In this document: positions 6,054-13,746 of the stretch, one piece after another | Layout of the letters: each line of letters opens with the position of its first letter | Numbering within the stretch: position 1 is the stretch's first letter | IMG/VR virus record: IMGVR_UViG_3300043443_000226 | Reading direction: 5' to 3' (one strand) | Source: an uncultured virus (IMG/VR IMGVR_UViG_3300043443_000226) | Lineage: Duplodnaviria > Heunggongvirae > Uroviricota > Caudoviricetes | DNA: 20,000 nucleotides | The notes under the pieces: generated by a model | The model's input: the letters and a program-made list of their open reading frames with translations, nothing else | Databases searched by the model: none | Told to the model about the DNA's origin: nothing | Position numbers and translations under genes: made by a program

Positions 6054-9000
6054 TTAGATTCCTAACAATCGACGTAATTTCAACGATCTAACGTTCCAGA
6101 CGGGCTCCTGCTTTTCTTCAGGCGTACCCTCTATATCACCTAGATAGCCTTCTGACAAGCCCGGTCTGATAGGTAGTATCTGAGCAGATTCCTCCACCCT
6201 GCTGCCAGGAGGAACCGGCGGCACCGTTCTTGGGTTAACGGTCAATGTTTGTTCAACTGTTATAGGCGGTGTTTCTACAATTGATTCTGGCGGTGTAAAT
6301 GGTGGCTCGATAGGAGGAGGAGGTGGCGTTTCAGGCACAGTTGGCTTCTCTAACTCTTTAATGATTTGTTGCAGCAATTGATCTTCAGGCGTGAGATCAG
6401 TAGGCGGCGAGATCAAGTCTTCTGGCTGCGTAGGTTCAGGCTCTTCTGTGTTGATCTGCGGCGTAGGTTCAGGCGTAGTCTGTATAACTGTTTCAGGCTG
6501 AGTCTGAGTTACAGTCTCTGGTTGTGTTTGAGTCTGAGTTTGTGTTTGAGTTTGCGTCTGTGTTTCTGGTTGCGTCTGCGTGACAGTTTCTGGCTGAGTT
6601 TGAGTTTGTGTTTGGGTTTCAGGTTGCGTCTGAGTCTGTGTAACGGTTTCGGGCTGAACTTGTGTGGCTGTATCTGTAGCTGTTTGCGTACCGGTTTGCG
6701 TTGCAGTATCTGCGGCGGTTGTTGTTGATGTTGCCGTATTGTTAACCGTATCAACAGTTACGTTAGTGCCTGGTGTTAAAACAGTCCCTGCTGTATCGAC
6801 TGATGGAACATTGGTAGCCCCACCATCTTGGGTTAATACAAGTGACGTTCCATCACCATTGTCTTGCAAGACAACGCCTGTTGTTGCATTTGTTGCTGGC
6901 GATGTAGGTTGCGCGACAGAAGGGGCCTGAGCTACATCTGCGGTTACGGTTGGAGTAACTGTAGGTTGTGTAGCAACTTCAGGCTGAACTTGCGTTGCAT
7001 TATCAGTTGCAGTCTGTGCGCCAGTCTGTGTTTGTGCGCCAGTCTGTGTTTGTGCGCCAGTCTGTGTTTGTGCGCCAGTCTGTGTTTGTGCGCCAGTCTG
7101 TGTTTGTGCGCCGGTTTGCGTAGACGTATCAGCCCCGGATGTTATTGCCGTACTTGTGTCTGTAGCCGTGCTAGTAACGGTAGCCGTGTTATTGGATGTG
7201 TCAACTGCAACACTTGTTCCAGGAGTGAGTGCAGTTCCCGTTGTTGCATCCACTGATGGCACGTTTGTTGCGCCACCGTTTTGCGTCAGCACAAGCGATG
7301 TACCGTTACCATTGTCTTGCAAGACAACACCAGTAATTGTTGTACCAGTATCTACAGCAGCACCAGTTCCGCTACTACTAACAACAGGGCCGGTAGGAGT
7401 CACCGTAGGTCTTGGGTTAGCAATAATTTGCGCAGCAGTCTCGCCAGCACTTAAACGATTTGCAACTACAAATTTAGGCAAACCTGTTTGCGCAGCAATT
7501 AAAGAAACTTCATCAATGGCTTGCGTATCACTACCAGTTACAACCTCTTGCCCACCGCTTTGGTCAACCGCTACTCCACCACCACCAGTTCCACCACCAG
7601 TTCCACCACCAGTTCCACCACCAGTTCCAGCACCAGTTCCAGCACCAGTTGCAGCACCAGTTCCAGCACCAGTTGCAACCACCGGTCTTGGATTGGCGAT
7701 AATTTGTGCCGCCGTTTCTCCGGCATTTAGGCGGTTAGCAACTACAAATTTAGGCAAACCAGTCTGCGCCGCAACAGATGACACCTCATCTGCAGCTTGA
7801 GTGCCAGCACCAGTTACAACCGGTGCGGTCGGTGCCGTTACTGTTGGTGCAGTAGGCAATACAGTCGTTTGACCTGGCTTCAAACCATTAACAGGAACAA
7901 TGGTTAATGCGCCAGTGCTATCAATAACAGACGCTTGATTGCTGTTTACATCAACAGCAACAACAACGCCTGTATTTGTTGCGCCGGATGCAACATCAAA
8001 AGTCGGTATGTCAACACCGGCGGTTGGCAACGTGCCAAGGTTTCCAGGCGTTAAATCAACGTTAGGATTAAGAATTGTTCCCGTTGTATCTGTAGGAAGC
8101 CTTGTTCCCGTAACCGTAAGCGATGCGCCAGGAGGGGCAGCCACACCACCAGGCACTTGTACACCAAGGTTGTTTTGTGCTGCTGCCGCTAACTGTTCAC
8201 CAGTGTTAATAGCGGCTGCAGTCTTGCCGCCAATAACGGCACCAAGCACCGCTTTACCTTTAGCGGCATTAGCATCGCCAGTCGTGATGTATTCAATTAA
8301 GCCTTCTTCTAATGCTTCTGTTACCGGCTCTAACAATGTTCTTGCAACAACATTGTTTGCACCTGGTATCAAGCCAATAGCAGCAGTAACGGCACCCGCA
8401 ACACCAGCGTCCTGTCTTGCCATGCGAGCAAGCTCTTGTGGCGTTGCATAAGGATTCGCTGCTCTAAGTTCATCAATCTTTTGCAAGGCTTGAGCGCCAG
8501 CAGATTCAGCAGCGTTTAATGCCATCGAGCCAAGGAACTGCGCTACTTTGCCACCAGGCAATAACAAACTAGGAAGTTCTTGAATAAGTTCAGAACCAAG
8601 TATGGCCGCTGCGCCAGCAGGATTGTTAAGCGTAGCGCTAGCAATAGCTCTAGCAATTTGTTCTGCTGTTGAATTAGGATTGCTTGCAACGCGGTAAATC
8701 TCGTCAACAAATGCTTGCGACTGTTGATTTACCACCTCTGGCCGCATAAGCTCGCCAGACGTTTGAATAGCCCTAAATCGATCTATAGCGCCTTGCGAGT
8801 CAGCACCTAATTGCTGTGCTGTAGCGGAAATAGCCGCGCCCAACTCCCCAAGGCCAGCCTGTGCTGTGCCGGTAAAACCACCAGCAACTTCATTAGCTCT
8901 GGTGTAAACACTCTTGGTCTGGCTAACAATGTTGCCACTAGCGTCAATGGTGGCCGTATCTCCTGTTGCTTTATCTCGCTGCGTTATGGTGCCATCAGCA

Positions 9001-11804
9001 TTTTTAGTGACGACAAGATTGCCTACTGGGAGTACATTGGTATCACGCTCTGTGCTGATGCTCAGGCTTGAAAGATCGTTAGCTGTTAACTGTTTACCGA
9101 TGAGATTTGGATCGCCTGCATAGAGAATGCCTTGGTATACAGCATTAGCAGGCAATGCTTCAACCGCGCCAATGACGTTAGGTTTATCAAGAAACACACC
9201 ACCACCTGCAATCGTACTTGCTTCACCAGTCGGCAGTAATTGCGTGATCTTTCCGGTATTGATGTCTCTTAGATAAATAGTTCCGTTCGGGCCTTGATAG
9301 CGTTCGGTCAACGGATAAAGTTCTCTAGCCGCAGCCTCTGCCGCTGTAATTTGCTGTGCACCTTGCATGGCCTGGTTAGTTGACTGAGCCTGATTAGCCG
9401 CCTGTTCTTGCGCCACAATGCCAAGCACATCGTCTTGAATGACGCTTGGCGTAGTATCCATACCGACATCGGGCGTAGTACCTAACCCACCTGTCGTAAC
9501 GCTAGGAGCGGTTGTATCAGTTGCTGCGCCGCCACCAACAGTTGTTTGTGTACCAGCGATTTGAGATGGCGTTTCTCCTTTATTGATTGCTGCAGTAGAG
9601 CCACCAATAAAACCTTGTATTGCTGATTGAGTGACATTACCGCCTGTCGCCAATGCTTGCGCAACACTTGTTGCCGCAGAAACTAAACCGCTATCAAGTG
9701 CCGTATCGCCAGTCAACGAAGTTCCTGATAGTGTTTGCTGCGCTCCATTAGCAATCACTGAATTGATGATGGCGTTACCAACATCGCCACCTGTAAGGGC
9801 AGCAGTGGCACCAGAACGAACAACACTATCCACAAGTGAATTACCAGTAAGGCCGCTAGTTAACTGACCTACACCAGCACCGATGGCAGCATTTCTAATA
9901 GCTGTAGCAGGGTCTGCGCCAGCCGCAACACTTGTTGCCGCTTGTATAACAGCACCACCAATTGCTGTTGCCGTAGCGGCTGTGGTAGCGCCTAACGCGG
10001 TTCCAATAACCTGAGCAAGACCAGGAAACGCCGCTGTACCAACAGTTACCAACAAAGGCATGATGGTTTGAAATGCGCCACCATCAACCTGCACATCCAA
10101 TATCGGTTGGCCTGTTTCAGGGTCGAGATACTCATATCGAGTCATCTTTCCAGTCATGCCTGATTGGTCATCGGCTTTGCGAACAATCGTTGTTGGATTA
10201 ATTACAGCATACGTCTTGCCATTAATTGTGATGTCGTTATAAGCAATGTCATTGCCTTGCTCGCCAACAACAGTGTACGCAGCATTTTCTATTGCTTGTT
10301 GCAATTGGCTTGCAGCAGATGGTGCGGAAGGCTGTTGAACAACAGGGGTTTGAACTGGCGCAAGTTCTTGCGTAACAGGCTGCTGAGTCTTTAACCAGTC
10401 GGTGTAAGCCTTTTGTAAGGTTGATCGAACTTGATCAATAGGCATGTCAAGTACGGCTTGTATTTCATCTGGAGAGCCTTCTCTCCCATAAATCTCACGA
10501 AACAGGTTTTGTCGTTCATTGGTTAAATTTTGTACGCGTTGCCGTTCTGCTTGTTCTGCAGCCAATGCTTGCTGCCTTGCAGCCTCTACTCTTTCAGCCT
10601 CTACTCTTGCGGCCTCAATTCTTTGCGCTTCAGCTCTTGCGGCTTCTACTCTAGCCGCTTCTTGTCTAGCTGCTGCTGCATCAGCTTCTTCTTTTGCAAG
10701 AACATCGTAATAACCATCTTGTTTAAGCGCATCAAGTCCGCTAGCGCCAGCAACTTGAACAATCTGTCCCTCACTAACTTTTGCACCAACAAGCCACTTG
10801 GCTTTGCCTTGTGCATCAAGATCAAACCAGTTAGAAGGAAGATTAAAGCCAGCATTAGCGGCAGCGTTTCTTGTAGCGTTCTGCTCTGCGGCAACCCTAG
10901 CAGCCTCTTGTCTGGCAGCCTCTTGCCTTGCGGCCTCAACTCTTTCTGTTTCTAATCTAATTGCTTCTTGGCGAAGCATTTCTTGCCGTATGGTTTCTTG
11001 CCTTATTGATTCCTGTCTATCAGCCTCAACCCTTGCTGCTTCTTGTCTTGCCGCTTCTTGTCTTATAGCTTCCTGTCTTATAGCTTCTTGTATAGCCGCT
11101 TCTCGTTCGGCAGTTATTCTTGCCGCTTCTACTCTAGCCGCTTCTTGTTGCTCAGCTAATTGTTGTGCCCGTATTTGTTCTTGACGGATTGCCTCTACTC
11201 TTGCAGCTTCTACTCTTGCAGCTTCCGCTGCTGCCACACGTTGCGCTTCAATCCTAGCCGCCTCTTGCCTAGCGGCTTCTTGGCGCAACGCTTCTTGTCT
11301 AGCGGCTTCAACCCTTGCAGCCTCTTGTCTAGCAACTTCTTGCCTTATAGCTTCTTGTACAGCCGCCTCTCGTTCGGCGGCTATTCTTGCTGCTTCTTGT
11401 CTTGCCGCTTCTTGTCTTTCAGCTTCTAATCTAGCTTCTACTTGGCTTGGAGATGCTTGTCTAGCAGCTTCAATTCTTGCGGCTTCTCTTGCTGCAAAAT
11501 CGGCTTGCAGGTTTGGCGGAGCAGAATAATCTAAGTTTGTATCAAGACCAAACTGGGCAGCATGTCTTGATCTCATTTCAGGAGATAGGCCTAATAAATA
11601 ATCTTGGTCAACACCCGCATTTAACAGAGCCTGGAATCCAGTGTGAGGCGGCGCGGGAGGAGGAGCGTACGATGGAGCAGAATAATTTGATCCATCATCA
11701 AGGCCAAACTGAGCGGCAAGCCTCGATCTCATACTATCAGACAACCCTGATAAATAATCAGGGTCAAATCCTGCGTCTAAAAGAACTTGAAACGTAGTAG
11801 ACAT
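6054..11804 (-). CDS. Giant repeat-rich mosaic protein, probably virion/ejection-associated (1916 aa)
   Basis: Uninterrupted 5.75-kb ORF packed against both neighbours. Contains an EAARQ array, Gly/Ala hydrophobic blocks, duplicated mini-domains and Thr/Gln/Pro linkers. Confidence 0.8.
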   Translation of the reverse strand: MSTTFQVLLDAGFDPDYLSGLSDSMRSRLAAQFGLDDGSNYSAPSYAPPPAPPHTGFQALLNAGVDQDYLLGLSPEMRSRHAAQFGLDTNLDYSAPPNLQADFAAREAARIEAARQASPSQVEARLEAERQEAARQEAARIAAEREAAVQEAIRQEVARQEAARVEAARQEALRQEAARQEAARIEAQRVAAAEAARVEAARVEAIRQEQIRAQQLAEQQEAARVEAARITAEREAAIQEAIRQEAIRQEAARQEAARVEADRQESIRQETIRQEMLRQEAIRLETERVEAARQEAARQEAARVAAEQNATRNAAANAGFNLPSNWFDLDAQGKAKWLVGAKVSEGQIVQVAGASGLDALKQDGYYDVLAKEEADAAAARQEAARVEAARAEAQRIEAARVEAERVEAARQQALAAEQAERQRVQNLTNERQNLFREIYGREGSPDEIQAVLDMPIDQVRSTLQKAYTDWLKTQQPVTQELAPVQTPVVQQPSAPSAASQLQQAIENAAYTVVGEQGNDIAYNDITINGKTYAVINPTTIVRKADDQSGMTGKMTRYEYLDPETGQPILDVQVDGGAFQTIMPLLVTVGTAAFPGLAQVIGTALGATTAATATAIGGAVIQAATSVAAGADPATAIRNAAIGAGVGQLTSGLTGNSLVDSVVRSGATAALTGGDVGNAIINSVIANGAQQTLSGTSLTGDTALDSGLVSAATSVAQALATGGNVTQSAIQGFIGGSTAAINKGETPSQIAGTQTTVGGGAATDTTAPSVTTGGLGTTPDVGMDTTPSVIQDDVLGIVAQEQAANQAQSTNQAMQGAQQITAAEAAARELYPLTERYQGPNGTIYLRDINTGKITQLLPTGEASTIAGGGVFLDKPNVIGAVEALPANAVYQGILYAGDPNLIGKQLTANDLSSLSISTERDTNVLPVGNLVVTKNADGTITQRDKATGDTATIDASGNIVSQTKSVYTRANEVAGGFTGTAQAGLGELGAAISATAQQLGADSQGAIDRFRAIQTSGELMRPEVVNQQSQAFVDEIYRVASNPNSTAEQIARAIASATLNNPAGAAAILGSELIQELPSLLLPGGKVAQFLGSMALNAAESAGAQALQKIDELRAANPYATPQELARMARQDAGVAGAVTAAIGLIPGANNVVARTLLEPVTEALEEGLIEYITTGDANAAKGKAVLGAVIGGKTAAAINTGEQLAAAAQNNLGVQVPGGVAAPPGASLTVTGTRLPTDTTGTILNPNVDLTPGNLGTLPTAGVDIPTFDVASGATNTGVVVAVDVNSNQASVIDSTGALTIVPVNGLKPGQTTVLPTAPTVTAPTAPVVTGAGTQAADEVSSVAAQTGLPKFVVANRLNAGETAAQIIANPRPVVATGAGTGAATGAGTGAGTGGGTGGGTGGGTGGGGVAVDQSGGQEVVTGSDTQAIDEVSLIAAQTGLPKFVVANRLSAGETAAQIIANPRPTVTPTGPVVSSSGTGAAVDTGTTITGVVLQDNGNGTSLVLTQNGGATNVPSVDATTGTALTPGTSVAVDTSNNTATVTSTATDTSTAITSGADTSTQTGAQTQTGAQTQTGAQTQTGAQTQTGAQTQTGAQTATDNATQVQPEVATQPTVTPTVTADVAQAPSVAQPTSPATNATTGVVLQDNGDGTSLVLTQDGGATNVPSVDTAGTVLTPGTNVTVDTVNNTATSTTTAADTATQTGTQTATDTATQVQPETVTQTQTQPETQTQTQTQPETVTQTQPETQTQTQTQTQTQTQPETVTQTQPETVIQTTPEPTPQINTEEPEPTQPEDLISPPTDLTPEDQLLQQIIKELEKPTVPETPPPPPIEPPFTPPESIVETPPITVEQTLTVNPRTVPPVPPGSRVEESAQILPIRPGLSEGYLGDIEGTPEEKQEPVWNVRSLKLRRLLGI
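6480..6660 (-). repeat. In-frame low-complexity (TQ)n/QPET repeats
   Basis: Encodes QPETVTQTQTQPETQTQTQTQPET...; degenerate at the DNA level. Confidence 0.85.
7021..7110 (+). repeat. Five perfect 18-bp tandem repeats (CCAGTCTGTGTTTGTGCG) encoding (TQTGAQ)n
   Basis: Units start at 7021, 7039, 7057, 7075 and 7093, with degenerate flanking copies. Confidence 0.95.
7577..7680 (+). repeat. 12-bp tandem repeats (CCACCACCAGTT / CCAGCACCAGTT) encoding TGGG/TGAG linker
   Basis: Visible directly; the protein reads TGAGTGAATGAGTGAGTGGGTGGGTGGGTGGGG. Confidence 0.9.
10540..11495 (-). repeat. Pentapeptide (15-bp) degenerate repeat array EAAR[Q/I/V]
   Basis: Dozens of EAARQ/EAIRQ/EAARV units in two blocks separated by a small globular insert (about 10690-10870). 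Confidence 0.9.
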
Positions 11805-11805
11805 A

Positions 11806-12144
11806 TCACAAGCCCAAGCGATTGATGATGGATTGATGAATACTTAGATGGCCTTGCAGCCATTCATAGAAATCATCTTCTTGGTTCCAGTCGGTATCAA
11901 ACAAGTCAAAAGGATTCTCAAGGCTTAGTCTATTTGCAAGCACTTCATGCTCTTGATAGTGCGACCATAACCAGTCATCAAGATCATCTAAATCAGCATC
12001 TGCAAGTGGATACTGAGGTATCACAATATCTTGATCTAGCAACTGTATGTAGAACGTACGATGTTGCTGTGCGTTCTCAAAGATCATCTCTCGTAAACCG
12101 TCTGCATCCCCAAAAACGACGTTAGAAAGATTGTCTAGGTTCAT
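11806..12144 (-). CDS. Small acidic protein with three internal repeats bearing HxxxH motifs (112 aa)
   Basis: M20-N24-H28, W58-H62-H66 and W95-H99-H103, each preceded by an Asp-rich loop. Packed between neighbours with 1-2 nt gaps. Confidence 0.8.
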   Translation of the reverse strand: MNLDNLSNVVFGDADGLREMIFENAQQHRTFYIQLLDQDIVIPQYPLADADLDDLDDWLWSHYQEHEVLANRLSLENPFDLFDTDWNQEDDFYEWLQGHLSIHQSIINRLGL

Positions 12145-12146
12145 GG

Positions 12147-12857
12147 CTAAAACGGCCCTGAAGTAGAAACAGTAACGCCAGAACTAGTAATAGACCACGG
12201 GCTACCAGCGTTAGCCACGCTATTGTCTTTGATCGTAGCTGACTGGCAAGTCAAGATTTTTGTCGTAGCACCTGCGGTCAATGGCTGAGTTGGTATGGTT
12301 GCCGACGTAAATCCAGAACCTACGTTAAATCTTAAATTACTGATCTTGCCGTCAATGTATCTGCTTGTTTGCACAGAACCATTGCCAATTGTTGGCGGCG
12401 CAGCAGCCGTTTGTATCGTTCCGCCGACCAAAGTAGACGCCACTTGAGTTGTGCCAACAAACATCTTTAACGTACCTGAAACACGCGAACAAGCAATGTA
12501 AGTCCAGTTTGACAAAGAAATTTGAGGGTTTGTACCGCTAACAGTTTGTATTGAAGTATTCAAATTTCTAACAAACACTAAGCGTCTATTTGAATCAATG
12601 TAAAACTGACATCTCAAATTGTATGTAGTGCCTAGCGTCGTTGAGAATCCAAAGTCTAGTACCGGAGCCGATATAGCAGGGGCAGCGTCTAAATAAACAA
12701 AACATTCAATAGAAAAGTCATTAGAGCCAACAGCAAACGCTGCATTGGTTGGATAAGTAACTACCCCGCTGTTAAAGTCATAGGAATAGTTCTGTACAGG
12801 CGGATTGCCTGTAACACCTATTGCTTTAGCAGCACCGAATGCAGACAAGATAGGCAT
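12147..12857 (-). CDS. LamG / concanavalin A-like domain protein, putative receptor-binding tip (236 aa)
   Basis: GSNDFSIECFVY...WTYIACSRVSGTLKMFV...IG...IDGKISNLRF is the LamG_3 pattern. TAATG overlap with the upstream gene. Confidence 0.8.
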   Translation of the reverse strand: MPILSAFGAAKAIGVTGNPPVQNYSYDFNSGVVTYPTNAAFAVGSNDFSIECFVYLDAAPAISAPVLDFGFSTTLGTTYNLRCQFYIDSNRRLVFVRNLNTSIQTVSGTNPQISLSNWTYIACSRVSGTLKMFVGTTQVASTLVGGTIQTAAAPPTIGNGSVQTSRYIDGKISNLRFNVGSGFTSATIPTQPLTAGATTKILTCQSATIKDNSVANAGSPWSITSSGVTVSTSGPF

Positions 12858-13423
12858 TATGCGTACCGTGTTTGGCTTGCAAAGACTGTGAATGAACCGC
12901 TACCAGTCTTGATGAGCGTATAGGTGTAAACGTCTACGCTATTGGCGTTTCCTGCACTAGGCGCAGAACCACCAGACCATTTAGGCGTAACGCTACTACC
13001 GTCAACCGTAACGGCTGAGTTGTAGTAAGCCGTACCACCTTGCGTCACTAGGTGAGTTACCGTCACGCTCTGGCCTGTAGCCATGATGCTGTTAAGCGTT
13101 GTTGAACTAGACCCACGGATATTCAACGTCCAGTTAGCAGAGGCATTGCTTGTGTAGTACAGAATGGACTGCGTAGATACGTCAAAGTTAACCGTACCTG
13201 TGGCTGCTGTTGCTGAAATCGTTACCGTCTCTGCTGCGGCAGACAGTTTTAACTGCATCGTTGTACCACTTACGCCAAGCGATAGCTGATTAGCAAACGA
13301 TACGTTTTGGCTAGCGTCTATCGTAAGACCGTTAGTGCCGTTGGTCTGTAGCGTGAGGATGTTGGTGTTGTCAGCCGTAGAGACTATGCCTATGCCTGAC
13401 GTGGCGTTGATGGTGTTAGCCAT
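12857..13423 (-). CDS. Tail-fibre adaptor-like protein (188 aa)
   Basis: Ser/Thr/Gly/Asn-rich beta protein. The C-terminal domain GQSVTVTHLVTQG...KWSGGSAP...VDVYTYT is typical of phage fibre-associated beta-sandwiches. Confidence 0.65.
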   Translation of the reverse strand: MANTINATSGIGIVSTADNTNILTLQTNGTNGLTIDASQNVSFANQLSLGVSGTTMQLKLSAAAETVTISATAATGTVNFDVSTQSILYYTSNASANWTLNIRGSSSTTLNSIMATGQSVTVTHLVTQGGTAYYNSAVTVDGSSVTPKWSGGSAPSAGNANSVDVYTYTLIKTGSGSFTVFASQTRYA

Positions 13424-13737
13424 TACATCACCTGAGATGTTGTTAGATTCACAATCTGATCTGTAGCAAACGATTCAACTTGCAAGGGTTGGACAACCTC
13501 TACAACTTCCACATTACCCCACGGACTCTCAACCCAAGTCTTGCCTTCGTGCTGCCAGTTCCACTGCCATCCTGCCCTGTCTGCTGGCTTAGGGTCACGT
13601 ATCAGCCATTCCCAGTTTAGCCATACCAACTCTTTACCATCAGGGATGTCTGTCGGAGGCGAAGGAGCCTGTTGCCAGCCTTCAGTACCATCTGTTTCAG
13701 TGCTTGGGATAGACCCGTTCTTTGTCCAGTATTGCAT
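13423..13737 (-). CDS. Small Trp/Pro-rich protein, tail-fibre assembly chaperone-like (104 aa)
   Basis: Two copies of a P-x-P...G...(W)xW....W pattern; directly follows the LamG adhesin gene; GAGGT RBS upstream. Confidence 0.6.
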   Translation of the reverse strand: MQYWTKNGSIPSTETDGTEGWQQAPSPPTDIPDGKELVWLNWEWLIRDPKPADRAGWQWNWQHEGKTWVESPWGNVEVVEVVQPLQVESFATDQIVNLTTSQVM

Positions 13738-13746
13738 GGTCTACCT

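Noticed and set aside
137..6091. Alternative-frame and plus-strand ORFs such as 137-385, 276-509, 1701-2066, 2936-3244, 4576-4854
   Set aside because: They overlap better-supported, translationally coupled minus-strand genes and have no recognisable motifs.
7021..7110. Tandem repeats as a CRISPR array
   Set aside because: Units are head-to-tail with no spacers, in-frame within a CDS, and there are no cas genes.
7407..7820. 138-bp near-duplicate as a DGR template/variable repeat pair
   Set aside because: Differences are mostly synonymous third-position changes involving all bases, and both copies are in-frame within one gene.
6366..11429. Numerous plus-strand ORFs (e.g. 7156-7800, 7939-8451, 10530-10955, 10798-11184)
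   Set aside because: Antisense shadows of the repetitive 1916-aa gene, with Cys/Ser/Leu- or Val/Pro-rich mirror composition and no independent support.
6054..11804. Tape measure protein or polymorphic toxin call for the giant ORF
   Set aside because: No tail tube or tail-assembly chaperone genes, no regular Trp/Phe tape-measure periodicity, and no recognisable C-terminal toxin domain or immunity gene.
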